A stretch of 64,000 nucleotides of DNA from Macrostomum lignano (taxonomy: Eukaryota), in the NCBI GenBank assembly GCA_002269645.1, contig NIVC01000623.1, positions 124,001 through 188,000 on the forward strand. Reading direction: 5' to 3'. Numbering within the stretch: the first letter of the stretch is position 1; every line of letters begins with the position of its first letter. The notes under the pieces are model-generated. The model ran no database searches, was not told the DNA's origin, and worked only from the letters and a program-made list of their open reading frames with translations. Positions 1 to 13,839 of the stretch are shown here, piece by piece. A program made the translations under genes and the position numbers.

Positions 1-1110
1 GAGGGGAGTTTTCGGGATGACGGGGAGTTTTTGGTATTAAAGAGAGTTTTCGGGATTGAGGGGAGTTTTCGGTATTAAAGAGAGTTTTCGGGATTGAGGG
101 GAGTTTTCGGGATTGAGGGGAGTTTTCGGGATGACGGGGAGTTTTCGGGATGAGGGGAGTTTTCGGGATTGAGGGGAGTTTTCGGGATGAGGGGAGTTTT
201 GGGGATGAGGGGGAGTTTTCGGTATTAAAGGGAGTTTTCGGGTTTGAGGGGGGTTTTCGGGATGAGGGGAGTTTTCGGGATGAGGGGAGTTTTCGGGATG
301 AGGGGGAGTTTTCGGGATTGAGGGGAGTTTTCGGGATGAGGGGAGTTTTCGGGATGACGGGGAGTTTTCGGGATGAGGGGAGTTTTCGGGATTGAGGGGA
401 GTTTTCGGGATGAGGGGAGTTTTGGGGATGAGGGGGAGTTTTCGGTATTAAAGGGAGTTTTCGGGTTTGAGGGGGGTTTTCGGGATGAGGGGAGTTTTCG
501 GGATGAGGGGAGTTTTCGGGATGAGGGGGAGTTTTCGGGATTGAGGGGAGTTTTCGGGATGAGGGGAGTTTTCGGGATGAGGGGAGTTTTCGGGATGAGG
601 GGGAGTTTTCGGGATTGAGGGGAGTTTTCGGGATTGAGGGGAGTTTTCGGGATGAGGGGGAGTTATCGGGATGAGGAGAGTTTTCGGGATGAGGGGAGTT
701 TTCGGGATGAGGGGAGTTTTCGGGATGAGGGGAGTTTTCGGGATGAGGGGAGTTTTCGGGATTGAGGGGAGTTTTCGGGATTGAGGGGAGTTTTCGGGAT
801 GAGGGGGAGTTTTCAGTATTAAAGGGAGTTTTCGGGATGAGGGGAGTTTTCGGGATGAGGGGGAGTTTTCGGGATGAGGGGAGTTTTCGGGATTGAGGGG
901 AGTTTTCGGGATTGAGGGGAGTTTTCGGGATGAGGGGGAGTTTTCAGTATTAAAGGGAGTTTTCTGGATGAGGGGGAGTTATCGTGATGAGGGGAGTTTT
1001 GGGGATGAGGGGAGTTTTCGGGATGAGGGGAGTTTTCGGGATGAGGGGGAGTTTTCGGGATTGAGGGGAGTTTTCGGGATGAGGGGAGTTTTCGGGATGA
1101 GGGGAGTTTT
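1..1110. repeat. 18-bp minisatellite (GAGGGGAGTTTTCGGGAT)n with a ~223-bp higher-order duplication
   Basis: Unit read directly. ORFs 150..395 and 373..618 begin with the same translation, offset by 223 bp. Confidence 0.95.
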
Positions 1111-1504
1111 CGAGAAGAGATTTGATTAGAATTTGTCTATTGTTATTTTTGATACTACATTGGAATTCGGATCTTTTAAAAGCCTCAGTCAGATCAGTGC
1201 TGCGGCAGCTGGATCTGCTGCATGTTGGAAAACGGCAATTGCTTGTGCTCAGCGTGGAGACAGTAGCACACCTCTCTTCGAATACAATTGGTTCTATGCA
1301 AGCCTTTTACCCTGAACCCGTCAGTTCAAAATGCGTCAGTTCATGCATTTTCGCTTTGTCTCCTCTCTGCCTTCCCTGCTCGGGATTTTCTGCTTTTTTG
1401 TTTTAATTCACTCACTGTTTCGCATTCCGCAGGGTGGCAGTTGCCGAGGCAGACTGGGTTGAATGATAATATTGTGCTACAGATTCTGCGATACAGACTC
1501 TCAA

Positions 1505-2030
1505 TCATAGACACCCCAGTAAACCCCCAGACTACCCAGTCTACTCCAGACTCCCCAGTCTACTCCAGACTCCCCAGTCTACCTCAGACTCCCCAATCTA
1601 CCCCAGACTCACTAATCCACCTCACAAACACACCAATCTACTTCAAAGACACTTGAATCTACCCCAGACTCCTTAATCTACATGCATCTTAAGACACTCA
1701 ATCTACCCCATAGATACCCTAGTCTATCAGATACCCCAGTCTACCCCACATACACCCCAATCTACCCCACAGACACCCCAATCTACCCCACAAACACCCC
1801 AATCTACCCCATAGATACCCCAGTCTACCCCATAGATACCCCAGTCTACCCCACAGACACCCCAATCTACCCCATAGATACCCCAGTCTACCCCACAGAC
1901 ACCCCAATCTACCCCACAGACACCCCAATCTACCCCATAGATACCCCAGTCTACCCCATAGATACCCCAGTCTACCCCATAGATACCCCAGTCTACCCCA
2001 CAGACACCCCAATCTAGCCCAGACTCACGC
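1505..2030. repeat. 21-bp minisatellite (CCCCAATCTACCCCACAGACA)n
   Basis: Unit read directly; gives 7-aa periodic ORFs (TPIYPTD). Confidence 0.92.
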
Positions 2031-2036
2031 AGCGGC

Positions 2037-2194
2037 TCCCCGCAGGGTGCAGGCCGCACCAAGAAGCTCCGCGCGCGGTCCTCCTCAATAACAGCCTGAG
2101 CTAGCTTGCAAATTGCATTACCAGTGCCCGCAGCCACTGGCGTGCAACTACGAAAGTCGGGCAGACTGGGTCTGCGCTTCACCGGCCGAAACAT
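2037..2194 (-). CDS. Possible isolated coding exon, unknown product
   Basis: Non-repetitive GC-rich island reading MFRPVKRRPSLPDFRSCTPVAAGTGNAICKLAQAVIEEDRARSFLVRPAPCGEPL, followed by a GTGAGT donor next to the repeat. No family recognised and no confident partner exon. Confidence 0.25.
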
Positions 2195-2764
2195 GCCTCA
2201 GCTGGCCCTGCGGCTAGGACTCTAACAGTCCCAGTTCAATTCTTCATCAAATGCATTCTTCGATCCGATGTGTTTTAACTTCACCAGTCCTAAAGTAGTT
2301 GTGCTCTGTGCTTGTTTCTATTTCTGTTTTCTAAATTAAAATGAAATGCATGGTATGCATATATAATATGTGTAACAGACCGCAGCTCAGGTCGGCTTTT
2401 GTAGAGGCTGGCTAGCTTTAGCTAATAAAAATAATAGTAAGGCCCGAGCCTCCGTCTCGCTCTAACCCCTCAATGCGGCTCTTACGTTCCAGCCGTAATT
2501 GTGTCGACTCGGTCCAGCAAAGGACGAAAAAGTAGTCAAATTTGTGCAAAACTGCTAAACAATGCATTAGCAGTCGCCAGTTCGGCACAATGCGTGAGAA
2601 TAGCCAGGGCTTTGAGCTCAATTTTCTTGATTCTGTTTGGCCCCATTTGCAACATCTAATGAGATATCCGACATAATTACAGTCAATTAGTGTTTGTAGG
2701 TTTAGGTTTCAAATTGATTGGCGACCGGTTTCAGGCATCTGGGCTCTTCGTCACCCCGCTCGGG

Positions 2765-3640
2765 CCGTGGGAGAGAGAGAGATAGGTGGGGCACCGAGAG
2801 AGATGGATGGGGCACCGAGAGAGATGGGTGAGGCACCGAGAGAGATGGATGGGGCACGGAGAGAGATGGATGGGGCAGGCACGGAGAGAGATGGATGGGG
2901 CAGGCACGGAGAGAGATAGATGGGTCAGGCACGGAGAGAAATAGATGGGTCAGGCACGGAGAGAGATAGATGGGTCAGGCACGGAGAGAGATGGATGGGG
3001 CAGGCACGGAGAGAGATAGATGGGACAGGCACGGAGAGAGATGGATGGGGCAGGCACGGAGAGAGATAGATGGGACAGGCACGGAGAGAGATAGATGGGA
3101 CAGGCACGGAGAGAGATGGATGGGGCACCGAGAGAGATGGATGGGGCAGGCACGGAGAGAGATAGATGGGTCAGGCACGGAGAGAGATGGATGGGGCAGG
3201 CACGGAGAGAGATGGGTGGGGCACCGAGAGAGATGGATGGGGCAGGCACGGAGAGAGATGGGTGGGGCACCGAGAGAGATGGATGAGGCAGGCACCGAGA
3301 GAGATGGGTGGGGCACCGAGAGAGATGGATGGGGCAGGCACCGAGAGAGATGGATGGGGCAGGCACGGAGAGAGATGGATGGGGCAGGCACGGAGAGAGA
3401 TGGATGGGGCAGGCACGGAGAGAGATGGATGGGGCAGGCACGGAGAGAGATAGATGGGTCAGGCACGGAGAGAGATGTATGGGTCAGGCACGGAGAGAGA
3501 TAGATGGGTCAGGCACGGAGAGAGATGGATGGGGCAGGCACGGAGAGAGATAGATGGGACAGGCACGGAGAGAGATGGATGGGGCAGGCACGGAGAGAGA
3601 TAGATGGGGCAGTCACGGAGAGAGATGGATGGGGCAGAGA
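2765..3640. repeat. 25-bp minisatellite (GGGGCAGGCACGGAGAGAGATGGAT)n
   Basis: Unit read directly. Confidence 0.92.
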
Positions 3641-3845
3641 GACAGAGAGCAAGAGGGAAGGAGACAAAGGGGTAGAAAAGAATGAGAAAGGGAGGGATAA
3701 AGGAAAGGAGATGGGAAGAAGAATGGGAAAGATAGTACAGCGACGGAGAGAGGGGAAAGGACAGGGGAGGGGAAAAAGAGAAGTAGGCACCGGGCAGCGA
3801 GAGAGGAAGAGAGAAGTAAAGAGAGAAGGAGAGAGAAAAAGAAGA

Positions 3846-3899
<54 letters not shown>

Positions 3900-4100
3900 C
3901 TGGGGAGGGTGGGGGAGAGGGAGAGAGAGAAAGGAGAGAGAGGGGGGGAGGGAGAGAGGGAAAGAGAGAGAGTGAGATAAAGAGATAAAGGGAGAGAGAG
4001 AGAGATAGATAGAGAGGGAGAGAGAAGTAGGAAGAGGGAGGGATGGAGGGAGAAGTAAGGGAGAGAGGAAAGGATGGGGAGGGGGTGGATGGGAGGGAGT
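3640..4100. repeat. GA-rich low-complexity tract including (GA)n
   Basis: Almost purely purine on the + strand. Confidence 0.9.
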
Positions 4101-4446
4101 TGGCGGAGCTGAAGGATAAATGGTAGCAGTAGTGTCAGAGGAAAGCTCAATAGCGTGCGACAAGAGACTGAAATTAGGCCGTTTCAGAAAATTTCTGACA
4201 CCAAAATTTCGGCCGGCACGACCAAGCCCAGCACCCTGCGCAGATTTAAAAGTACTTTTTGGGATTGAAAGCACTTTTTTGAGCACTTTTCATCATCGTA
4301 TGGCTGTGCCACCCGAGAGTCTGTGTTGCGGTTTATTGCAACTATGATTGCTATTGTTGGTCATGTCCAACTCAACACCAGACAGACAGCCTGCACTTTT
4401 GGTCTAAACTTTACTTCATAGGTCCGGTTTCTCTAATCTCCCTAAT

Positions 4447-5385
4447 CTATCTATACCTCTCTCCCTCTCCCTCTGTCCCCCTTCTCTCTCTCCCTCTCTC
4501 CCTCTCCCTCTGTCCCCCTTCTCTCTCTACTCGTACGTCTCCCTCTCCGTCTCTCCCTCTCTCCCTCTCCGTCTCTCCCTCTCCCTCTCCCTCTCTCCCT
4601 CTCCCTCTCCTTCTCTCCCTCTCCCTCTCTCCCTCTCCCTCTCCATCTCTCCCTCTCTCCCTCTCCCTCTCCTTCTCTCCCTCCCCTCTCTCCCTCCCCT
4701 CTCTCCCTTTTCTCTCTCCCTCTCCCTCTCTCCCTCTCTCCCTCTCCCTCTCTCCCTCTCCCTCTTCCTCTCCTTCTCTCCCTCTCCCTCTCCTTCTCTC
4801 CCTCTCCCTCTCCTTCTCTCCTCTCCCTCTCCTTCTCTCCCTCTCTCCCTCTCCCTCTTCTTCTCTCCCTCTCTCCTTCTCCCTCTCCATCTCTCCCTCT
4901 CCCTTCCATCTCTCCCTCTCCCTCTCCCTGTCCCTCTCTCCCTCCCCTCTCTCCTTTTTCTCTCTCCCTCTCCCTCTCTCCCTCTTTCGCTCTCCTTCCT
5001 TCCCTCTCTTTCTATTCCTCTCTCCCTCTCTCCCTCTCCCTCTCTCCCTCTTCCTCTCCGTCTCTCTCTCTCCCTCTCCCTCTCTCCCTCTCTCGCTCTC
5101 CTTCTCTCCCTCTCCCTCTATCCCTCTTTCCCTCTCTGTCTCTCCCTCTCTCCCTGTCCATCGGCCCCCTTCTCTCTATACCTCTCCCTCTCCGTCTCTC
5201 CCTCTCTCCCTCTCCCTCTCCCTCTCTCCCTCTCCTTCTAATTCTCTCCCTCTCTCCCTCTCCCTCTCCCTCTCTCCCTCTCCTTCTAATTCTCTCCCTC
5301 TCTCCCTCCCGTCTCCCCCTCTCCCTCTTTCCCCCTCTTTCTCTCTCTGCTCCCTTCACCTCTTTTTCCGTTTTTACCATTCTCT
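4447..5385. repeat. CT-rich low-complexity tract (CTCTCC-type)
   Basis: Almost purely pyrimidine on the + strand. Confidence 0.9.
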
Positions 5386-7159
5386 ACATTTTCTTCACTT
5401 CGCCTACTCCCAAGTATCACCCTTCGTTCCCTTGTATTTCTTTTATTTTCTTACTTCTGATCTCATGATCCCACACTTACACTTCTCCATCTCTCAGTAT
5501 ATTCCCTATTCCCCATCTCTTTATCGCACTCTCATCTCATCTTATCCCGCTAGCCCCTCTCCCCTGCTTGCCAGCGCGAGCTGATGACGCGGAAAACACA
5601 CGAGATGTTGATTCGGGGGTCGCCTGAGGCTTGACGCTCGGCAAGAATCGAGGAGAAACTGGAGGCTGAGCGATGGTGCCAAGGATGAAGAAGGGGGAAG
5701 GGGGGGTTGCGAGGCATTGGAGAAAGCTTGATCGATTACTTTCTACCCCACCCCTCTGGACTTCGTTAGCTCACTCCCTAATCTCGCCATTCACTCTCTC
5801 TCTCTGGGTAGAAACTAACCGATCTCGATAGGGAAAAAATCCTCAAGGTAAAAATCGATCCGTTCGCTCTTAGATTGTAGGTAATTTTTCTCTTCTCGCC
5901 TGACCTGGCTTAGTTCAGAACAATGCTGGGATCAATGCAATGCCTATTATTGTATAATGCTGCGGGATTAAAGAAGCTGTAGATTAATTTAGCTCTTTGA
6001 TACTTTTGCTATGGATGCGAAATCATCGAAAAAGTTTAATTGGTTTTCCTAGAAACAAAAGGTATTTTCTTTTTCAATAGTAGCATCTCAAGCATTTTTC
6101 CGCCAATTTGCGCATCAGTCTACTTACTGATTGCTAAGTAGTGCAGTAGTTTTTATGTGAAATTTTCTTATTAAAAATTGACTTCAAATTTTATTTTAAG
6201 CGATCTAAAATAATATTTATGTCTGTCTGTTTGACTGGTTGCCTATTCAGTTGCGTACTAACCGCGGCAGGCTCTACTTAACTTACAGTGCGACAAGGCT
6301 GAGTAATAAGCAGTAAATGCAAGTCAAGCAGTTAAGAGGACATTGGCAGAGAAGAGCCAATAAAGGGCTGGGCTGCTCGGGTAGGGAACTATCAGGAAAG
6401 ATTCGGGATGAGACCTGCTGGCTTAGGAGGCGATCAATCAAGCAGGAAAACTCGATTTAGGCAGCTTCCCAGCCCCCACCCCAACGGTTTGCCTCATCAT
6501 CTGCGCCACATCCTCTCAAAGCTTGTTAGAGTCCCCCCATCTCCAGGGCAGCAGGCCAGGTGCTTCCTACATATGAAGGATGAGGGAATATGCCAGCATT
6601 AGCCACGCTTGTATCCTTGGTATTGTGCCATAGACATTTATACAGAAGTCAGCCTGACGGTGCGGCATTAAGTCTGGGGCCAGAATGGGGGTGCGACCAT
6701 AGACTATTTGATCCTTGAACGAGTCAAAGTTAAAAACTAGAGTTAAAAATTAGCGGACACTTATTCGTTAAGTTTTAATTGCAAGAGCCTACGGTATTCG
6801 CTAATTATTTAAGCGGCCATGACTCATTGTTTAGCAATTTGACGATCATTATTCACATTTTTAATGCAGAACAATCCATTACTACAAACAATGCATTGTC
6901 TGTAGGATCGTCAAACAGAAAAACAATGCAAAGAATCAGCGGTCCCAGTGATCGCAGTAAGCGGACCGCTGATTATTTATCCATTGATTGTACGATAATA
7001 TAAAAGATTGCTTGGCTGCAGAGGGTCTATGGTCGAAACTCCTTGGGGATTTATACTTCCATTGGCTGGTAAAGTCTATAAATCTGGTGGCATCGTTTGA
7101 AATTTATACCGAAATTTGTCTTATTTACAGGCAGAGTAGTGCCTGTCAGTGTCTGTGTA

Positions 7160-7640
7160 ATGAGTATGTGTGTCTGCCTGTGTGCGTCTGTCTGTCTGTC
7201 TGTCTTAGTGTCTGTCTGTCTGTCTGTCTGTCTGTCTTAGTGTCTGTCTGTCTGTATGTCTGTCTGTCTGTCTGTCTGTCTTAGTGTCTGTCTGTCTGTA
7301 TGTCTGTCTGTCTGTCTGTCTGTCTGTATGTCTGTCTGTCTGTCTGTCTGTCTGATTAGTGTCTGTCTGATTAGTGTCTGTCTGATTAGTGTCTGTCTGA
7401 TTAGTGTTTGTCTGATTAGTGTCTGTCTGATTAGTGTCTGTCTGATCAGTGTCTGTCTGATCAGTGTCTGTCTGATTAGTGTCTGTCTGATTAGTGTCTG
7501 TCTGATTAGTGTCTGTCTGATTAGTGTCTGTCTGATTAGTGTCTGTCTGATTAGTGTCTGTCTGATTAGTGTCTGTCTGATTAGTGTCTGTCTGATTAGT
7601 GTCTGTCTGATTAGTGTCTGTCTGATCAGTGTCTGTCTGA
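7160..7640. repeat. (GTCT)n grading into a 15-bp minisatellite (GTGTCTGTCTGATTA)n
   Basis: Unit read directly; 5-aa periodic ORF (VCLIS). Confidence 0.93.
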
Positions 7641-8539
7641 TTATTATCTGTATAATTTTCCTAGTCTGATAGTTCAATAAAGCCTCGTTGACGCACTAAG
7701 AAATATAAGAAAATAAAAGTACATTTAGTATTCACCCTCCATCTTGTCGGTTTCTTACCTTTTTTCTAGTAAAAGTTGCAGACAAAATTGTGGGAAACAG
7801 AAAGTGTGGGAAGATGATTGCTTGCTAGCGGTGTCCCACCAGGAGTCTGGGTGCCTACTCGGCGCCAAATTTTATCCCCTGTCCCGTCAGCTCCCCCCCC
7901 CCTACTAAGTCGCTGGGCGGATGAGAAGTTATTGGCTCCCCTGTAGGTGGGCGGATTTTCCTTGCCCACTGCACTCTGCACCCTGAGAGACAGCGCGTAT
8001 CGTTTTTTAGGAGAACGGGGAAAGTATAGTATGAACTCTCGCGGCAAGACTTTCGCAGTTGTCGCAGGAATTGTCTTGGTTGTTCTGGGTGAATTCCAAT
8101 GGTTCTTCAGGTGAATTTTTTTGGTTCTTGTGGGGATTTCCATAGGTTCTTCTGGGGAGTTACTGTGGTTATTTTTCCTAACTCCTGGTTCTTCCTTGTT
8201 CCTTGGAATTCCCGGTTTACTCGGTTTTTGCTTGAAACCGAGCAAGTTACTGGCCTGGCTCGAGGACTGAAACCTTGAGGAAATTCTGTCTGTAAGGAAA
8301 AAATCACTTCAATGCTACGAGATATCTATGCATATGAGCAGCACAAACCGCATTGAATTTGCAGTATAGAATGTTTCAAACTATTTTGCAAAATTCTCTG
8401 CAACCACAATCCCAAAACTCTCCATTCACCGCGCGCAAAATGTCAGTTTGATTCACTATATGCACGTGCGAGTAGGAGCGGATTAACGAATAAAGGCTGC
8501 ATAAGTCGAGTGTTACTAAGCCTAAACTTACTGTATTAA

Positions 8540-9213
<674 letters not shown>

Positions 9214-9524
9214 ATAGCTATTGCTAGAAATTTAACGAACTCAAACTAGGGTAAAGTCAGCCTCTGCTTTTTTAAGGTAGAGTACGTAGTTCCTTTTTAG
9301 GGAGACTGTCGGAGACCAAGTGCCAAGCGACAGAAGATGGCTCTCATAATTTAATGTTGAAGACACTGCACAGCAAAGTCAGGGGTCTGGACTTCCTTTA
9401 AGTAAGGGACTGCGGTCAAGTGCTCCCTCCCCCACTGAGAGAGTGCGGGAGAAACTTGGACTTTGGAGTGTCAGTCTTTCAGCCTTTCAGGCAAGCCATT
9501 CTCAAAAGCCATTCACTCATGCCG

Positions 9525-9945
9525 GGGAGTCCCAGAGAGGGAGAGGGGGTCTGCAGCGGAAGGCTCAGGGAGTCCCAGAGAGGGAGAGAGGGTCTGCAGC
9601 GGCAGGCTCAGGGAGTCCCAGAGGCAGGCAGGGTCTGCAGCGGCAGGCTCAGGGAGTCCCAGAGGGAGAGAGGGTCTGCAGCGGCAGGCTCAGGGAGTCC
9701 CAGAGGCAGGCAGGGTCTGCAGCGGCAGGCTCAGGGAGTCCCAGAGGGAGAGAGGGTCTGCAGCGGCAGGCTCAGGGAGTCCCAGAGGGAGGGAGGGTCT
9801 GCAGCGGCAGGCTCAGGGAGTCCCAGAGGCAGGCAGGGTCTGCAGCGGCAGGCTCAGGGAGTCCCAGAGGGAGGGAGGGTCTGCAGCGGCAGACTCAGGG
9901 AGTCTCAGAGAGGGAGAGAGGGTTCGCAGATCCAGGGTCAGGGAG
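9525..9945. repeat. 41-bp minisatellite (GGGTCTGCAGCGGCAGGCTCAGGGAGTCCCAGAGGCAGGCA)n
   Basis: About 10 units read directly. Confidence 0.92.
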
Positions 9946-9989
9946 TTCCAGAGAGAATTACAGAGCCCTAAAGCAAATAAAAGTGCCCC

Positions 9990-12547
9990 ATAACCATGCT
10001 TCTATCCTAAAGCGCTCATGATCCTCATGCAGGAGTCGCTCTGAATTCGGCTTAAGCCTGAAGCAGAACACGTCCCTTAACTTCTTGTGCCGCTCCAAAG
10101 CAGGGATTTTGGTCCCCATCCTGTCTGTTTGCTCCGCAGACTGGCAGGTGCCGCAGGAGTTCAAGCCAGCCATCATTAATTTAGCAAGCCAGAGGACATT
10201 TGCCCAAGGCCCAAATCAATTCCTCAAAGCTTTGCGGCAGGAACTGCTTACACTGAGCCTAGGTCTGCGCATTGATCTGACAGGGATGGGACTCGAAATT
10301 GCCGCTAAAGAAGAAATTTTTCCCGGCACTCTTTCGCTTCCCGCCTTCCGCAGAAGCAGCGAAGCATCTTCCCGGCTTAGTAGGGATGTCTACTTTATTC
10401 TTCATAAGCCTCCTCTGCTATCCCTCTGTAAGCCCTCTGGCCTGGCGCTTTTTATTGCTTTATAGATTCTGCACCGCTGCACTTGATGGAATTTCGCTCA
10501 CGTAGTCAGCCTCTCCGCCTCAGCAGTCAGTCAGTGTGAGCACTTTATACTACTCAGTTCAACAGGAACCCCTAGGTGATCACCGCCCGCCCCTCGTACT
10601 TGCTTGTCCATTTTTGCCAAGCCGCAACTGCTCGCAACTCAGGGCTGGCGCTAATTTGGCTTCCTTTTTAATTCAGATCATTGCGCCTGAGAGCGAAGCT
10701 TTACTCCGCCAGCTTATTAGTACAAGAAGCTCTTCAAGGCGCTCGAGAATATACTCACTGCTCAGCGCCGCTCGCATGCCAGGAATCCCAACCGCCATTT
10801 GATAGTGCAGGCTCTGCCTGTCAGCCTGGGCATGGGCCAGGCCGCGGGCTCCGCGCGCAACTGAAGCCGCTGGAGTGTTGTTGGGGCTCTGGAAATTGTG
10901 CGGAAATCGCTATCAGTTGCTTCTGATACTGCGCACTTCTGATACAGCGCGCTTCTGATACTGCGCGCTTCTGATACTGCGCGCTTCTGATACAGCGCGC
11001 TTCTGATACTGCGCGCTTCTGATACTGCGCGCTTCTGATACTGCGCGCTTCTGATACTGCGCGCTTCTGATACTGCGCGCTTCTGATACTGCGCGCTTCT
11101 GATACTGCGCGCTTCTGATACTGCGCGCTTCTGATACTGCGCGCTTCTGATACTGCGCGCTTCTGATACTGCGCGCTTCTGATACTGCGCGCTTCTGATA
11201 CTGCGCGCTTCTGATACTGCGCGCTTCTGATACTGCGCACTTCTGATACTGCACGCTTCCGATACTGCGCGTTTCTGATACTGCGCGCTTCTGATACTGC
11301 GCGCTTTTGATACTGCGCGCTTCTGATACTGCGCGCTTCTGATACTGTGCGCTTCTGATACTGCGCGATTCTGATACTGCGCGCTTCTGATACTGCGCGC
11401 TTCTGATACTGCGCGCTTCTGATACTGCGCGCTTCTGATACTGCGCGCTTCTGATAGTGTACCTTGTTGGGTTTAAACCGTTGACTTAGCGGACTGCGGT
11501 GCTGCTGCTGCTGGGCCTGCTGCTGCTGCTGCTGCTGGGCCTGCTGGTACTCCAGCCTGCTGGCCAGTCCAGTCAGACTGTCGTGCAACACCTTCAGATG
11601 CGGCGACTCGGACAAATCTGTACCATCGTCGACTTTGATGTTGCCGCCATTTGACTTTGCAGTGCCAGTCAGCGCCTGCTGACTGTTGGAAGATATCTGG
11701 ATTGGAGATGTTGACAGAGCACGTATTGCTGCAATATTTATTTATCTGAAAATCGATAGACAGAAATCCCGGGATAACAATTGACAACCGTGGAATTCCT
11801 GGAATGCCGAAATTGACGTCGCCGATTTTCGAGACTGCGCCGCTCGGCCTCCTGTTGGTTGCCGCTGCTGGCTGAACTGAAAATGTTGTTTTTATTCTAC
11901 TCATAGTAATATTGAAGTCATTCTTTTCGAAATGTTTCATTTAATGCGGTATTTTGGGCAACTGGGCTGCTAATGCGTAATAATAAGAGCACAATTCTGA
12001 GTCTCAAGGGGATGTCAAAGTGAGTGCCAACGGATTGTCAAAGTGGGTGTCAGCAGATGTCAAAGTGGGTGTCAGTAGATGTCAAATTGGGTGCAGCAGA
12101 TGTCAAACTGGGTGTCAGTAGATGTCAAAGTGGGTGTCAGTAGATGTCAAAGTGGGTGTCAGTAGATGTCAAAGTGGGTGTCAGCAGATGTCAAAGTGGG
12201 TGTCAGCAGATGTCAAAGTGGGTGTCAGCAGATGTCAAAGTGGGTGTCAGCAGATGTCAAAGTGGGTGTCAGCAGATGTCAAAGTGGGTGTCAGCAGATG
12301 TCAAATTGGGTGTCAGTAGATGTCAAGTTGGGTGTCAGCAGATGTCAAAGTGGGTGTCAGTAGATGTCAGGGTATTTGTCAGGAGATGCGACAGTGTGTG
12401 TCAGGGGATACCTAAGCGAGGTTAAGATTTCCAATTAAAGTATTCTGTAAACTCACGGCGAGTCTTCCCGACAGCTGTGAGGCTCGACAGGCTCGCCCTC
12501 CCTGCTCATCGCTCCGTCAGGGTTATTTTCCTTAGCAACTATCAGAT
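9990..12547 (-). CDS. Partial multi-exon gene, low-complexity Ser/Gln-rich protein of unknown function
   Basis: Phase-compatible GT-AG exons: 12547-12457, 11876-11789, 11696-11463, 10888-10759, 10304-10252 and 10140-~9990. They give ...LIVAKENNPDGAMSREGEPVEPHSCREDSPSASSGNQQEAERRSLENRRRQFRHSRNSTISSNSQQALTG...HLKVLHDSLTGLASRLEYQQAQQQQ...SPNNTPAAS...TAISSPIPVRSMRRPRLSSAEQ...KLRDVFCFRLKPNSERLLHEDHERF. Start and end not resolved; no recognised domain. Confidence 0.55.
10921..11456. repeat. 16-bp intronic minisatellite (TTCTGATACTGCGCGC)n
   Basis: Unit read directly; fills the intron between exons 11463 and 10888. Confidence 0.95.
12010..12370. repeat. 22-bp minisatellite (GATGTCAAAGTGGGTGTCAGCA)n
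   Basis: Unit read directly. Confidence 0.93.
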
Positions 12548-13074
12548 CTGGAGTGCAAATTTGACTGTCAGAAAGAGTTCCTTCGGCAATAAATACGAGT
12601 ATATAAAGGGATTTTTAAAGGGGATTTCTGTGAAAGTGGAATTTCTGTCAAAGTGGGATTTCTATCAAAGTTGGATTTCTGTCAAAGTGGGATTTCTGTC
12701 AAAATGGGATTTCGTCGAATCGTGTTTTTGTTAGGGAGGGATTTCTCAAATTCTCGAGCTTCTCGAGCAGTGCCGAGCTGCCTCTGAGCAGGCTGAGCTT
12801 TTCAGTTTCAATCGCTTTATTTTGTTTTTATGCGGGAAAATTGACAGATTGCAAATCGCTCAGAATCTGTTTAGCATAGATGGATGGCAGGTGTCTGACT
12901 CAGATCCCTCAAAAGCGTTGGCTCACAATTTATCACTATCTCAAAGTCGTCCAATCTATCTTCATAAGGCTGACTTGTACTTTTTTAATTTTTCGTTGAA
13001 ATGCAGAAAAGCGTTGCCGTATCAAAATCCCTAGCTTTTGAGTCCTACTCGTGATGGAGCGTGAATCAATGACC

Positions 13075-13400
13075 CAAACTGTCTGACATGAACAGCCTAT
13101 GACTCAAACTAATTGACACAGTCTATGACTTAAACTGTCTATGATTCGAGCTGTCTGACTTAAACTGTCTATGGCTCAAACTGTCTATGACTCAAACTTT
13201 CTATGACTCAAACTGTCTATGACTCAAACTGTCTATGACTCAAACTGTCTATGACTCAAACTGTCTATGACTCACACTGTCTATACCTCAAACTGTCTAT
13301 GGCTCAAACTGTCTATGACTCAAACTGTCTATGACTAAAATCATCTGACTCAAACTATGGCTCTAATTATCTATGACTCAATCTGTCTACATGACTTAAA
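13075..13400. repeat. 16-bp minisatellite (ACTGTCTATGACTCAA)n
   Basis: Unit read directly, degenerate at the edges. Confidence 0.88.
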
Positions 13401-13839
13401 CTGTCTAAAAGATAAAAAAAATCATGACTCATATTTTTCAAAATCAGCGTTCGACTATCAGAAACTCCAGACCAAGTCAGCAGAAGTGTACTTTTATAAG
13501 TCGAGGCATTTGCTTTTTAAAATTAACATCCGCTTCCTGTTGACTGCCAAAGACTGGCTTGGGGGGCTCAAATTCTGATCTGCACATCCGCCTTGCTTTA
13601 TGGCCGGCACTTATCTTTTGGTGTGGGAGTTTGGACTGGTTTGAGCAATGCGAGAAGTGGCTATAGGTGAGAAGTGACGGAGAATAAGTTCAGACGATCC
13701 GTTCGACAGGAAAGGATAAGTGATAAGGAAGTGATGAATTGAATAATCAATCCAGTTTCGTAGCTCGCAACAGAGACTGGGAGAATTTCCCCTTGAGTTC
13801 TTCGAAGTAGGTGAGAATGGTAGTATTTATCAGGTTAGT

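Noticed and set aside
3640-5385. GA-rich then CT-rich tracts forming an apparent inverted repeat around 4100-4440
   Set aside because: Complementarity is trivial for low-complexity purine/pyrimidine tracts, and no exon was established in the loop.
7256-7669. CRISPR-like or regularly spaced repeat arrays
   Set aside because: All arrays are head-to-tail units without unique spacers, there are no cas genes, and the context is eukaryotic.
10821-11615. ORF reading through the 16-bp intronic array (intron retention isoform)
   Set aside because: The intron is 574 nt (not a multiple of 3), and the unit simply lacks stop codons in all frames on that strand.
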